Origin: Daphnia carinata
Taxonomy: Eukaryota
Length of the DNA stretch: 64,000 nt
NCBI RefSeq assembly: GCF_022539665.2
Contig: NC_081333.1
Coordinates: 12,276,001 to 12,340,000, forward strand
Direction of reading: 5' to 3'
A model generated the notes under the pieces. The model was not told where the DNA came from. It saw only the letters and a list, made by a program, of their open reading frames with translations, and did not search any database. The position numbers and the translations under genes were made by a program. This document shows positions 21,431 through 36,500 of this stretch, piece after piece (within the stretch, counting starts at the first letter, position 1; the number at the start of each line of letters is the position of its first letter).

Positions 21431-24400
21431 CGTTAATTCAACGTTAATGACGGAACGTGCTAGCGCACAGATGTGTTAACCCGTTTTTTCCGTTTATTTT
21501 TAAAACCACACGATCCATCTACATCTACTGAGAGAAAAATTGTGAAAATGGGGTCGTTCGTGTATCATTTCATCACTACACTTTCTGCATGGGGAAACTA
21601 TTCGGATAGTTCAATGCAGTGATGTTTCAGGTTAGACATTCTAATTGTTAAGGATTCCTTCACACATCAGGAAAGTGGCAGTAGCGTCTTGCTTTTTAAA
21701 ATCCACAATTTCAACTGCCTGCGCTGGATAAAGTTATCATGTTTAAAATACAATATACCCGTAGCGTATCTTTTTCCCATTCTCTGATGACTCGCTGGGC
21801 ATCGACATCACGGATTTTGGACCCACCGGAACGTCGACTTTTGTTTCCATCGCGTATATATCATTCTGCATCTTTTTTGAATTCTTTCGATCCGTGTGTA
21901 CACATTCAGCCAAATAAAAAGATAAGAAGGGACAGAATACAGTGTACCACTATATCTCGAAAAGGATGAATATCCGGAAATCCTGCCCTATCAAATTAGG
22001 CCTCGTAACCATATAGCGTCCACATCAAGAATTAGTCATTGTACGAGCGCAGAAAGGGAGGGGAGGGGGATCGTTAGCTACACAACTGGACGGAGTGACA
22101 ACATGTTTATCTATCACTCATTTTTTTTTCCATTTCTGTCTATCAAATCCAATACCAAAAACTAGCTGTTTGCTCTCCATCAATGTTTGAATTTTCACAT
22201 TGAAATCCGGTTACGGAGGGATTGCTAGGCGAACGTCTGGTGAATGAAAGCGCACCCCATTCATGTGTATTATAAAGAATAAGAAGAGCGTCGAGGGTGA
22301 TGAGCGTCTATAGTGTAGTTGGGTGGCTCAAATAGAGAAGGGCGAGCGATGGTGTACAAAAGGGAAAAAGGCATAAAAAGATGTATTTATATGTTAGTAA
22401 TGCGTTAGGACGAAAAAGAAGGAGGGAGAGGGAGTGATTTTCAAAATTCCATTGTGAATGTTCCCAGTCTCGAAGAATAATAAGAGCGACGGCCAGACGT
22501 GTACACATATAAACATCTTTTTATTTATTTTATTTCAGTTTTTTTTTTTAAAGGTGGATGTTAGCCTATAACCCAGTCATACACACGCACGGACGCTGTC
22601 CGGCGGGGGCCAAACATGAACAAATCAAAAAGAGCCGTCCCATTTTTGCTATTGGTCTTTCAAATCGCACTGTCAACACCACACAAGACGTCTCCCTTTT
22701 TTATTACCATTATGTCCCCCTTTTTTTCATTTTTGAATTCAAGCCTAGGGTCAAAAAAAAGCGATTCATTGTTGAATTTTAATCGTTTGATTTTAGAGTT
22801 TAGACTCGCTGGGTCAACCGCGGCGGCATCATGGACGCCAATGTACAACTTCTGCCGACTGCTGCTGTTGTCGTTTTTTTTTTTTACTCCCCTCGTTTTA
22901 AAGTGCCTTTTTATCTTTGTATTATAGTGGTATAATAATGTCCTTCTTTTATCCCCCCCCCCCCTTTTTTTCAGACGCAATATACCCAGAGCGCAAAAGT
23001 GTTGTGTGCCGATGGAATCGAAATGTCTCGGCAGGCATATACTATAAAGAGATCGTCCAGTCTGTTATTTGTGCTGGTTCAATACTGCTGAATGTTGGTA
23101 CGTTACTGACCATATAATAGTACAGAAAAGACATCGCTGCATATGGAAAACCCCCCAATTTCTGTTTAGTCAAAGAGATGAGAAGCAAAATGATGACAAC
23201 ATCACCGAGAAAAAAGGAAAAACACAGACGAAGTAAAGAGGTATGTAACAAGATAAATATGAAGAGTCTGATGTCTAACTCTGCGTCGTAACGTTAACGT
23301 AACAGCCGCAAGTTCTCAAGAGAATTCAAACAGAATTCTTTTGAAAAAAACAAAACAAGAATTCTGGTTGACACAGCCAAGCGGTAAATCGATGCAACGG
23401 GCAAATACGTGTGGACGAAGGTTATGCGCTCGATGACTGGACACAAAAAATCACGCACTCCCGATCATCCATCGTGGGGCACAAACACACGAAAAGTTAA
23501 AATCCCCGAAACAGAGGGAAAGAGATGGGAAAAAAAAGAGTGTCAGAAACACAACCGAAAAAAAAAAGAGTTCTTTTTTTCTTCCTTTTTAGTTTGAAGA
23601 AGGGAGCGTCCTTGTGTGGCGGCGGCGGTTGTGTCGTTCAAAGAGAGAACGTACCCACTTTAGCTCATCTTTTTCTTTGTGGTGTTGACCGAGTCCTCAA
23701 GTACTGAACCCTCGGCCCCGACAAGACTCTATCCAACAGTATTATTTCTCTCTTTTCTTGTTTGAGTGGCTGTTGGGAGGGGACGCCATCAGAACTCTTG
23801 CTACCTTAAATGTATATTGTCAGTTATTTTTCCGTCCTATTTGACTTTTTGCCCTTTTCCGTTTGAAGCCTTTTTTTCCCCCCGCGTTTCCGTCGCAAGT
23901 CATTAGCTTATATATACATAGTATTTCTTCCTTTTTCGGTTAAATTTTTGACTCTCTTGTTTGCGCCTTTTATTCTCTTCGTATAGTTGCTCACCCCCTC
24001 GACGTGATGAATGGCCATTTTCTAAGAGAGAGAAAAAAAAATGCCACATCTTGTTTCAATGTGGCTCCGAGATGACGCATATAGATGTAGTCAACAGGTC
24101 TGTTACTCATACAGAACTGCTGCTGAGGCATTGAAACTGTGGCGTACTTTCAGGTCCCAATGTGTCGAGACGATGAAAGCCGCTGTTGGCCGGGCAACGG
24201 TGGCCTGGATGGATTTTCAGTCAAATGTAATTTACGGAGCGATGCTGACGATGTGTGTATGCAAAGTAGGCTATACAGTCCTTGCGTGCGTGCCTAGTCC
24301 ACTACATTTACAGCTGTTGAAATTACTATTATTATTATTATTATCGGGAGAGTTGAATGGTTTCTTTACGAGACAATGACATTAGCTGTCGGGATTGAGA

Positions 24401-26445
24401 CGGCAAAACGTTGGTAGTGCGGCTGCGGCTGATGTGACGATGAAGAATGGTCTTGGCACATTGAAATGTTCCAAATTAATCAGAAAAGACAAAAGAGAAT
24501 CTAATTAGTTCAGCCTATAGACTGACGGCAAAGCAACAATCACTCGGCTGGCACAGGCAAGAAGAAAAATAATAAAACGTTGCCGGCTCCCTCAGCGCTC
24601 GACTCTTTGGCCCATCAAATTTTCGCTTCGAGAGGCTCTCGTTAGATTGGTTATCCAATATAATGCCGTTTCTTTTGTGAATCATCAACATCTTCTCTAT
24701 CGAGTTGGGACTTGATATCTATCGGGTAGCCGCAACTCGATTCCCTCGATCGTTTCGCCATTTAGAACACGAGCACCTGAAAAGCGGCGCTTCTTGTTCT
24801 GTTGTCATTGCGACGTGCCCCGCATCGCCAAAAGCACGTTGAGCCTGACATTTCGATTAGGCGTTCCAATTTTAGCCCATTCAAGCGCACACGCGGCACT
24901 CGTATGGCGACAGCGGTTATTGTATAACACTTGCACGTTGCCTCCTTGTGTATGTCGGTACAGTTTTGAATCGATCAGAAACGTCATATGTTTTTATACT
25001 GTTGTACACGATGTGTGGGACTATTACTACAAACAAGACCAAGAGTTACTTGTGGTCCTTCGTGTCGCAGATGAACACACTCTACATCACCTGCAGCACG
25101 TCCATACCGACTTCGGCTTCTGCAGTGTGGCCACTTCAAAAATAAACCACCCACACAGCAGCCCCTCCTCAGTTTCCCGTTGGTTCTCGCCTTTTCAATT
25201 CAATTCACTCTTGCACGTCGCTATTGTGTCTGTTAAGTCGAAGAGGAAAAAAAAACTGTTGAATCTCTTTGTATTCGGAAAGCAGCGAAGATGATGTGTA
25301 CAATAATAGGTGGTTAGCGTGGGTGTTCGCTCCCCATTTCATGGTTTTGGCTTGGCACAGTTTGCGGGATAGAACGACTCATTTAAATCCTGAAGCGGGA
25401 AAAATTTGAAAATGTGCCATCCATGTTGAAATTTATTTATTTATTTTTTAAATTTTCTTCCGTGCGTGGGTGTTTGTGAAGTGTGTTCTGAGTGGACGTG
25501 ATGCTGTCGTCGGCCGGCGATGTCTCCGTCGGTCAATTAGCATTTGCAAAGGTTTCACTTTGCATACTTGCATTTACAACTAGATGTCATGGTGACACAA
25601 AGAAATAGATTTAGGGTAAGAGAGAGATTACCGAGCGGCGGTGGCTATTTACACAGAGAGAACGGAGGGAGAAGGGGGGGGGGGGGTGATGGTCACACGA
25701 GCGAAGGGCTGCCTCTGACGTTTGACACGCTCCCGCATTGTAATAATTTTAATCGGACACGGTATAATATACACGCCAGCGATTCATTTAACGCGTTACA
25801 CATCAAGGATTATGTGAAAGGACGAAGCGAAAAACATTTACGAATAATAAATAATTTTTAAAAAGTCGAAAATGTGATTCAAATGGCAAATGTAAAGTCT
25901 GGTGAACAAAAAAAAATCACACTGTGTTTGCTTACAGTGGTGATTAGCTTTATGTAACACGTATGTAAATGGGCGTCGAGATAGATAACCGGGGCGAAAA
26001 CATCCAGAATGGGGAGCTCTATGTTTCTTTGAGAATCTACACGACGATTATTAACAAAATCTTTTTTCTTTCTGTTTGTTTTTCTTTTGTTTTTCTTTAC
26101 AACACTTGAAACACGTGAAACCATCAATGGTAACAAGCACGGTGAATAATGACATAATGATACTTGGGTACTTAACTATCGAGTTGCGCGACCGTATTCC
26201 AAAACACCGAGATGCAAAAAGACACTTACAAAAAAGAAATCGGGATCTACTGCTACATTATCATAACTGTAATCAAACGAGAATGACAACGAGATTGTAG
26301 CCTAGAGGCTACTATGCGCATCTGCGGGATGAGTGACATTGGTGAACGAGATGTCCACCAACTATAATTTTCCACCACACCTCACTTCGGCGATATTTTA
26401 AATAATTGTTGTGTTTCCAAAATCTTGTTTAATCTATTCATTTCA

Positions 26446-27741
26446 TTAATCGGAATAAGGTGACCTTTCACTTCGGTCGGATCGCGGAGAATTGCTCTGA
26501 TTTTCAGATATAATTACACTCCCTAACTCGTTCTCCTGTTTGACGACGCCTCCTGCGCCTCCGCCGCTGCCAGGGCTCGTGTGGTGTAGGACGATGTTGG
26601 GGGTCGAATGATAGGCCGCATACCCCGCCGGGTTCATTGGCTCCAGCGGTGCGGATTGGGCCGATCCGCCAGCCGCTGCCAGTAGGTTCATTCCAGGAAA
26701 TACGGGGTAATCCGGCCGGAGGAAACTCCCGGCCAAAAAACTAGACGCTCCGTAGCCAAAAGCTGCGGGGAAGTAGCTGGATTGTATGGGAAACATTGGA
26801 GGTCGGGACGAAGATCCGGTCATACTTCCAGCATTGGGGAAACCGCTTCCGACTGCCGATAGGCAATTCTTCCATTGCAGAGACGCTTCCGCTTGCTGAT
26901 GAAGATGGTGCTGATGGTGATTGTATCGCGGCATCTGCTTTTCTCGCGTTCCAGATGACGAATGTTGTAACGATTTGCGTTTATGTTGATGATTTCCAGC
27001 CGGAGGTCCTTCCGCGTTCACCGCGTTAGTAGTTAACGTGTTGTTGATGTCCGGCTGCGGATTGTTGTTGTGGTAGACGAGCTGTTCGATGGCCCGCAGT
27101 ACATCTCCATCACATCTATCCAGAGTAGACTTGAGCGTGGCTCGTTTAGTCTGCGGGAAAAGTCTGGCGAGAGTGTCCAACGGTGCTCTTTTACTTGCTG
27201 CTTCCGGCTCGCTACCTCCGCCGCCCCCACTAGTCGCATCCAGCGCTGAAGCGTTATCGTCCACATCGGGAAGATCGAATTTCGTCCTATCAGATGGTAA
27301 TTCCGGTTCGTCTTTTACGCGAAACGGATACAAATAATTCGAAGTAATTAACTCGTACGTTTTTTTACAGTTTAAAGAGCGAGGGGGCGATGTGGAAATA
27401 ATTAATAATTAATAAAAGAAATAATACAAAAGGACGATGATAATGCTCAGATGTCCTACTGTACTATATTCCCTATTGACATGGCTTCTACATTCGCATT
27501 CCACGGATGCAATTGTTGAGGCCAGCTGCTTCACAGAATACGCTACGCCATAAAGCTCTTTCTTTCTTTTCTCTTTTGATGGATCCATATGAATCCATCG
27601 CGTGATGAAGTCAGTCTCGCCCTCATATTCCCTGTGCTCCAGAGGCCAACGCCAGGCCTAAATGCCATCGTCCATTGTTATCATCCCTTTTCAATAAAAA
27701 TTGTTAAGGATGCTGGGCTGAGAAGTCGCGCGTTGGCGGAT

Positions 27742-27775
<34 letters not shown>

Positions 27776-30528
27776 AGTAGCCTATATCAGTCGCTCATTC
27801 AAACACTTTTCACTTCCCCCAGCATCAACATCTCCGTACTGGGGAAATATAAAAAAAAAAAAAGAGAAAGAAAGACAAATTCCTTCTTGCTGTATGGTGC
27901 CGTGGCAATATACACATATATGCTGATATGTCTGTATATGTGTAGATATTTCAAAAGCGGATATAGATAGGGCGAGGTGTCGAGAGGGGCCATTTATTGC
28001 CGTCGACTGCCGAATCAATCTCAATGAATAAATTGCTGCTACTCTCCTCTAACAATGTGAAATGAAAAGAGGAGCTCTCTTCCATCAGCTATACTAGGAC
28101 ACGAGTAAGATGTAAAGAATGATAATATAAAGAAAGAGAAAAAAAAAACTAGGGTATCTTTGTGTTCGGCGAGATTCTTCAATGTCATTATCTCTTTAAT
28201 ATCGCAGCGAAATGTTCTATTTTGATACGATTTTCATTCGCAGTTTGAATGGATATCAAAAGGACGAGTTCAAATGCCTTGCTGTTTTTAAGTCAATTAT
28301 TTCTTTTTAACGATTCATGGCGTTTTAGAAGAGCGGGGACTGATATGTAAGAGGCAAAACGAAACGATAGAAAGCTCCCACAAAACGCACATTGAGACAC
28401 TTCATTATTTCATTATCCAGCAGCCGCATACCAAATGAACGCGATCATAAAGAAAAATCTATTTCACAACTCGCTTTGAAGCACATCCTAGACCACCTAT
28501 ATAATAGCGACTGATTGATTTGTTTGATGCCTAATCAACACGCACTACCTCATCACTTACACGTTTATCGATAATTCTAAAATGAACTAGTCATACGGGT
28601 TTCTACCTGTTGGATGGCTGTGGTTGTCGGAATCTCCCGCATCGTCCGAATCCGAATCCATCAAAAGCGGACTCTTGGGCGACATGCTGTTATTGCTCAT
28701 CTTAGAGGCTCTGTTGGTTCCAGGAGAAATGGGTTCGACAGGTCCTAGCAAACCCTCGCCCTTTCTGTTCACGAAAGAATGATAATGTGGCGATTCGTCT
28801 CGTTCGTTTGCGGTCGTACAGTTCAAAGATAACGATCCAGGCGGATGTTGGCCAGCTTCACGGCCAGAAAAGTTCAATCTTTTCACGCTGCTTTCGTAGC
28901 CGTTATTGGCAGACGAGTCGCAAATGGGTTCTCCTCTATTGGCGGATTTCCCACCGCTTCCGCTCCGATCGCTCATCGAGCGACTAGGAGATTCTTGACC
29001 GGTCGGACCTTGTGAACCAGCTTGTTGGCTCATGTTATTTATCCCGCCTGAAGGGACAGTATAGAGCAGCCCTAATTCTCGAGCCTCGTTCTCCTCCTAT
29101 TGAACATTAGAAACAAAAATAGTTTAGACGTTAGATTCATGGCATAATGAATGGCTTTGTAAGTTCGTTTTAAAGAGTCATCTCATCTAAATAAGCTTGT
29201 TATAACAAACAAACCGCTCTCGACAATTGCCTATGTTAAGGGGCCCCAGAAATCAAGTAGGATCGGGAATCTATACTATTGCGTAACGAATCGTTTCCTA
29301 GAGCGGACAGCCCGTCGCTGGTTTCTACTTACAGTACACAAATTCTAAGATGCTGATGGGTGGAGATGAAACACCACCACTCATCCGATCTTGCGTGATT
29401 GATTATAAAAAGGATCACATTAAAACGGGGCTGTTTTCGACGAAAAAGGGAACTAGTTTGCGGCGCACGGATAACCCTTTGAACTGGTCGCAATGACGCC
29501 GACCATTAAACCATCCCACACAAACAGAATAGGCCTATATGTCTGGCAGGGTAAAGAAAATAAGCTTCATATTCAAACTATCCTTCATCTCTCCAAAAAC
29601 AGGGCAGTCCTTTAGTAAAGCCTGGATTTCTTTGATTGAGAATGACGGAAGGCACATGATTTTGGCTTTCACTCGAAATTTCAATTTCATTCGTCTGATG
29701 GAAAGCCCCCCCCCCCCCCGCAAGTTCATTAACTGCACACGCGTATAGGCCTACTTGTAGAATCGTCAACACACAATTTAAATAATTAATACTGAGCCTT
29801 CAAAATTGTTAAAACTGACGACACAAACGGAAAAAAAATTGAAAGAAAAGAGTTGAGTGCCGAGTAATAAAACATTCTCCACGACAAAAGACAGAAGATA
29901 TCGACGATCCGCATTTATCGCACGTTCCGTTCCAGTACATCAAAGTGACCCATTTTTACCGGCGGAAATCAACGCCGATTGTTTTGCAAAAAAAAAAAAC
30001 GAGTTTCATTTTTCAAAACAATCCCTTTTGTCTCACCTGGGCTTGTTGCCTGCGGAGAGCCACCTGAGCGGCCATAACGCGCTGCCTTTCGGCTATGAGA
30101 GTGCATTTAGCGCATGCACAATCACGCCAGCGACAGTAGCGTTTGTGTCCTTTCAGAGCAGAGACGACCCCGTGATTACGACACCTAGCGCACTTGGGCG
30201 TCCGCTGGTAGCGCTCGGATGCGCGGAGGAGCATAGCGGCCGCGGCCGCTGCCGCCGTCGGAGGAATCCCTCCGTGATGGTGATGATGATGACCGGCATG
30301 GTGTTGGCCGTGATGCTGTTGGTGATGGCCGTGGTGTTGATGCGGTGAACCCATGTGTCCAGCAAGTCCGGCAAAGAAGCCATGAGGGCTCATCATGCCA
30401 TTAGCTCCTGATCCGGGACCGGTTGCGCCACTTGCGCCGCTTCCGTCTCCGCTGGGGACTTGATGGCCGCTGTTACGATGCGATGACAGATCCATGACTT
30501 TGCCTTCACTATTGATAGGCAACTTCAT
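26446..30528 (-). CDS. Dmrt99B: Doublesex/mab-3 related transcription factor, Dmrt99B/DMRTA2 class (DM plus DMA domains), 3 exons
   Basis: Exon 1 (30528-30037) has [65 protein letters not shown]. Exon 2 (29096-28607) continues [12 protein letters not shown]. Exon 3 (27311-26446) has the DMA domain [40 protein letters not shown] junctions with compatible phases (0, 1). Confidence 0.93.
27743..27773 (+). repeat. Poly-G tract (G31) in Dmrt99B intron 2
   Basis: Counted directly; longest G/C homopolymer in the window. Confidence 0.9.
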
Positions 30529-33500
30529 TATTTAAAAATTCTAACTGGCTTATTACATCATCTGGCAGTCAGACAATTACTTCCACTAGAGGTAAGCATG
30601 TCACGATGTCAGTAAATAAAATTGAGATCATGGCCTAAAAGAATGGATGTGTTGATTAATCTTACGCTGTAATTGCTTGCCAACTGCCGCTTGTTTTCGT
30701 TGGAAGACGCTTGTTGATGGAGAACAATCAACTCGAATAGAAGACAACGTAATCACTTTTCAAACAAGCAGACAACAAACAAAAAGACAAATGCCACGCT
30801 AGTACACTCTCATTGCCAATACGGGGTGTGCCTATTTTTAATAACGCGCAGCAAAAAAAAAACAAATGGTTCCTCTCCGGTGCAACGTTGATGACAAACT
30901 GTGTCGGCGAGGAATAAAGTTTTTCGTTATTATGTGTGGAACCACCCAGAGATGTTTGAGTGCAACGTCTATTTACCCAGTTAGCTATAGCTGGTGATGG
31001 TGCGGCATCGGTCCCGACAGTTCACACATGTGTGCATTAGACGAGAGTACAGTTTATGTAAAGAGTGCGGATGGAAGGCCAGCCCCTAAACGATTGCCAT
31101 TGGTTCAACTGTCGTTGCGTCTCAAAATTGGCCGTCCACACACAGACACCAAACAGCGTCGAATGGTGCGTATGTGCGCTGTACAATATAGTGTGTAGTA
31201 CACAGTAGACATCTATTATACGGTAGACGATCAACGTAACCGCTTGTGATCGTTTCATTATCATCTCTTTTGAGACTGCGCATCAGGGTGGCGCGGCGGA
31301 AACCTGCCCATTCAGAAGCATAAAAGGTGAAAAAAAAAAGTATTTGTTCGCTTTGGCATGTTGTGATGTTCTTGTTTATTTAAATCAAAACGGGTGTGTG
31401 TTATTATACATGTATACTTCTTAGGTGGTCTTTTTTTTTTTCTTTCTCTTTCTCACCCTTCAATATTTCCTTTTTTTATCGCCAGTTTTCTTTTCACCCC
31501 CTCGTACGTTTGCATGCGAATCGTTTGATTATAATAGATTGCAAGGTGTGAAATATGATCTTTCTCCGTGGTTTCACTCCTCTCTATAGTCTACATGTAT
31601 TCACATGAATTGTACGTAGAAACAGAGGCCTATTGTTACACGCAAAGATTTTTCCTTTTGTGCCCTCACCTACCATTTATTAAGGGTGGAAAAATGAGTC
31701 ACAAAGCCTTCAAGTTTTGACATTAATAATACCATACAAACTTAATATTCCAATTTTTCGTTCCTTGAGTTCAACTGTTTTTAGCTGAGAAACATATCCC
31801 GACAGAAATAGGCACTATAATTCGTTACGGACGTCATATAAACATACGAACAGTGATAATTTCCCAGTGTGATTGAGTTTGCGAGCAGTGGTTAATATTG
31901 AAAGGAAACAATGATTTTGGCCATGGATATTTGCAATAATCGAAATGCAAGAAGAAGAATCCCATTATCAACACTGTCTCTGCCGTTTCCTGAACTACAA
32001 ACAGTTTGTTAGCAACAATCTGAACCCACAAATGTAATATAAAAAAAGAACGTGCCTATTATAAAAATAAGAAGAGTTTGCCCCCTCATGTGGAGTAGGA
32101 AATCAACCTCCCCTGAATAAAAAAATATATATATATACGTGGAAAATAAAAAGAAAGAAACGTAGGAAGTTTGTCAAGCAGTTGCGGTTGATGAGGGTCG
32201 TTCATTGAGCACTGAACAAAAAGAAGATAAAAAGCGAGTTAGATGTACACAGTACATTATATTGTACACATTAGACACTGCATTTTCTCGAGTGGTATAC
32301 AGTGGTGACATTCTATATGCTTTTCAGTCAGCGAGCAAAAGCGAGCGGTTTAATCAAACGTGATGAACTACTGGAAGCCCCTGGCTGCTGAGCTTGTTGT
32401 CGTCGTACCCTTCACATAAAGACACATATATCCACACACACATACGTATGTATATATGTACACAGTACGCTGGGGGTGGACGTCGGCGACGCAACATGTT
32501 ATATGTATTTTAAAAAAAGAAAGAAAAAAAAAGTTCTCTGCGTTGCGCATACCGAACTCCCCTCTACACCCCCAACCGCTGCTGGTTCGGAGACAAAAGC
32601 CCTTGAATTCACACACATTAGTAGATCTGAAAAAAAAAGGAGGGGTGGGCAAGCAGTCTGCTGGGCAGGGAGCATCAGGACACATTATATTATTATTGAG
32701 AAAACTTGAACAATGAAGCAGTATGGCTATATACTTTTATCATTACGTCATATTCAATATCTGCGGCGGAGAGCGCCCCGCAATATAGACACGACGCGAA
32801 ACGTTTTTTTTTTTTTTTAAACAGGGAAAATAAAAGGATAAAAATTATACGTTTTTAAACGTGGTGCTGGTGTAATGGTAACCGCTGGAACTCTCGTCCT
32901 AATCGACCGCCCATATAGAACTACAAATGTGGATGTTGAAAATGAGGGCCACATATTATATACATGCTTCCTTGTTGTGTATAACTATCTCTTTTTTTTT
33001 TTCTTCTTCTTTCTAGGTTTCTATAGGAGAGCAGGATGGATGACATTACATCGCCATTATTTGGGGTAAAATAGAAAAGAAAAAAAGAAATTGTCGGGTA
33101 TTACTTTATAAACGTCTCTCACACTCTGTAAAAACTACAGATGAAAGAATGGAAAATGGGAGGAGTTTGTTGCTTTATTTCCCCACCATCTCGCCTTGTT
33201 TCCATCTAATTCTAGTATTTACATCGGTGGTTACGTCTAAATACTTCACTCGTCAAAAAGGCTTTATTTCTTTATCGTTCTTCCTTTCCTTTCCGTTTCA
33301 TTCTTGTTCAGCCTCTCAGACGCCATAGTATTTAGACATCTGTGGGTTCCGTCATTTACGCCATTCAAAGAATCCCTTGTAGTATTATTTTTATACATGT
33401 ACATTAAAAATTATACCATTCTTCTGATGCCTCCTCCTCTCATTTGTTTATTTAGACGACCTTTGTTTCCCCCCTTTTCCTCGACACAATTGCTGGTGGA

Positions 33501-36500
33501 CTTAACTCTTTGTACATATTCACAAATTTGCACCGCATTCATCGTTTAATCTATTTGAGGCTGTACATTTTTTTTTTCTACTTTGGTCTTTGAAACCTTA
33601 CGTGTGGTATGACGTGCATTCAACTTTGTTTCCGCGTCGCTTATTCCTATAACTACATGTATAGTATAATCTGCTTTAGAGGGGGCATCAACAATCCCTC
33701 CCCTCTGACAATCGAAAAAAAAAACCGCGATAACAAAAACAAACTTGATGCGCCCATGTCATCTATAGTATTTTTTTTTCGATTTTCGATACTACAATAG
33801 ACACTTGCGTATTTGTGTGTAAAGCAACTATATAGCCCTTGTGTAATGTACGTACCCTTTTGAACCATTGAGCTCCGTTATAGAGCCGGTCAAGAGGAAG
33901 GAACTACAATGGGCACCATCTTGTGTGATAGATGTAGCGGGGTTGTAACCTACGCTTGACCATCGCCGAAGAACGACCAAATAATACAAGAGAAAATACT
34001 TTGGACCATTGACTGGCTACGGCGGCCTGTTGAGTGGGAAAAGAATAGGGTCCAAGTCAAGGTGTTACAAAAGAGGATGCTTCACGGTCAAGGGGATCGC
34101 GACGAGTGATGAAAAGACGTACACACACGGCCGTTGACACATTATGTAACAAAGGCTGCATGATACCTGTTGGCGCGGATGCAATATGTTTCATCAAAGA
34201 TTGAATCTCAATCCAACCGCCGGAATATTACTGACACCAGAATGACCTATCGTTGTTTCTCTAAGAAATCTACCGCCCGAACCCTCGTGTCGATTGTATG
34301 TTTGTAATAATGGGGGCTTGTGTTGGCCTGTCACATTGATAAATATATTGCACATTGGCGATGAATGGATCCGGAGACATCAAAAGATGAAAAACCTTCA
34401 GACAAATGGAGGGAAAAATTACATTTTTCCTTCTCGCTGGATCGAGCAATGACAATCGGACACGTGCGCATCGCAATCGCATTCTACACACGACATCTTC
34501 ATCCCAATTTTCTTGTACAAAATAGCAAATACAGCCGGCCCGTTGAACAATCAGCGCGTAGCTTTTATTGCGTCTGTTACTTCCACACAGTTTTTACGGG
34601 GATTATAGGCAACGTTTACGTCTATTCAACAGCAACGGTTGCAATGTTCTATACCGTTTAAAAACGCGTAAGAGTAACTCGATACGAAAACGAAAATTTC
34701 CAGCCCAGCAATTTATGATGGATGTCTTGGCAACAGCATTTTAATGCATCCGCAACTTTTCCTCCCCTCCACATTTTTTCAATATTTCAATTATAAAATT
34801 GCCATTAAAAAAAAAACTAACAGCAACGGTTTTCCCCGTAAAATGTTTTTATTGCCGGTTCGCAGTTTCAATACTGGCACCGGAAGAAGCGCTACGTAGC
34901 GCTGGATGGGTTCGTCAGGACAACGTCTTCGTCGTATTCCATAAATTGCAAAAACCTCAAAGATGCATTTGTTTTTTTTTTTTTTCAATTGCACGGTAAT
35001 TGTGCCCCATTTATTTATTCTTATCGAAACGAAACAAGCGGAAACATGCGGCGTTCCTGCGTTTGTTTATTCCCCCTCCCCCTCGCTTATAGCGATGGCG
35101 TCTGAAAACGTGCGGACGGGCGCGCACACCTTGACAGCGACAGATCTGCTTGCGGTACCTAACTCATTAATGGCTTGTTCTACGCAGTTTTTTTTTATTT
35201 TGCTGCTAGTGCCACATGATACAGAGCAAAGGGAGGGGGAATATTTCGATATGTAAATCAGTTGCCGAAGTTCCACTGGGGCGGAAGATTTAACAAGCTC
35301 GCTTTGTGCTCGCTCCTTGCTGACTGCTTCTGCTGTGCCGCGCTCCACTTCGCTCCACTCTCTACTTTGCGCGTTGCTCTCGCTCATTCTCTTTTCTATA
35401 TACACGTGTGTATATACAGAAAATAGGCAACTCCTACGACTGTACATCGGTAAATGTCCGCGTTTTCGACTCTACGTAGTGGAGAGCCAACCCGCTACCA
35501 ATTATCAAAAGTCGGTCTTGCTCGTCTCGCGTACCCCCCGTGATCTCTGCATCTACTGGCGCTTTTATCTTTTCAGCTTGGAAGCCGAAAAGTTTGGTCG
35601 GAAACAAAAGCCTTTGCTTGCGTCAACAAGCACAAAAGACAAAACATGTCGACAACAAATCGGATATTTTTTCTTGTTCTTTTTATACAACCACAGGTGA
35701 GTGATCATGGGACAGAGACTTGGCGTAGAGCTACAAAAACTTTCGACATAAATCAGGTGGGCTATGGGGGGGGGGGGGGGGCTGACGTTGAATAAGTTGT
35801 AATGCAACCAATGGCTCCTTACTTCCTTTGACTCAAGTTGGAACACATGCAAAGAGAAATTTCACTCTATTCACCGCGTTTTTGCTCATCGTGTCCTGTC
35901 ACGGACTGTTCATAGGAGTGGGGACACGACTTTCAGGTGCCCCAATTATATTTCGCGGGTGGGGATCGTGTAACGAGCAACTGAACTTTACGATCAAAAC
36001 GTTCCGGCCATCAAACTGTGAAAATGTCTTTGCCCCCGCTTTCCATTCGTTCTTTACGAGTCTTTTCCACCAATTATGCGAATGCAACCCGTCCACCAAC
36101 CATCAGCGACGATTGCCGCTCCGATGTAATAGACATATACATCGCTAATATAAGGGAAAAAAAAAAAAAAATCTGACGAACCGCAATGGCCAAAAATGAA
36201 AAAAAGAATTCAAAGCATCATTTGTCATCTTTTTTATGTCTAACGAAGCAAAATAAGAATATTTGCTGTGGTCGGAAATGATTCTGAGAATGATGCAATT
36301 TTTTTTAAAGATGTAAAAGCACAAGAATCATCGTTGAAATCATCAGCTTGCTGAAAAACCCGTTGAAAATTGTGGATGCCCACGCCTTCCGCACGAGATA
36401 TTCGATCGTCATTGGAAGTTTTTAACAATCGACGGATGGATAGACAAATTTCTACAGAACGTGGACCCGTATGCGAACGAAAAACTTGTAGCCCTGCATG

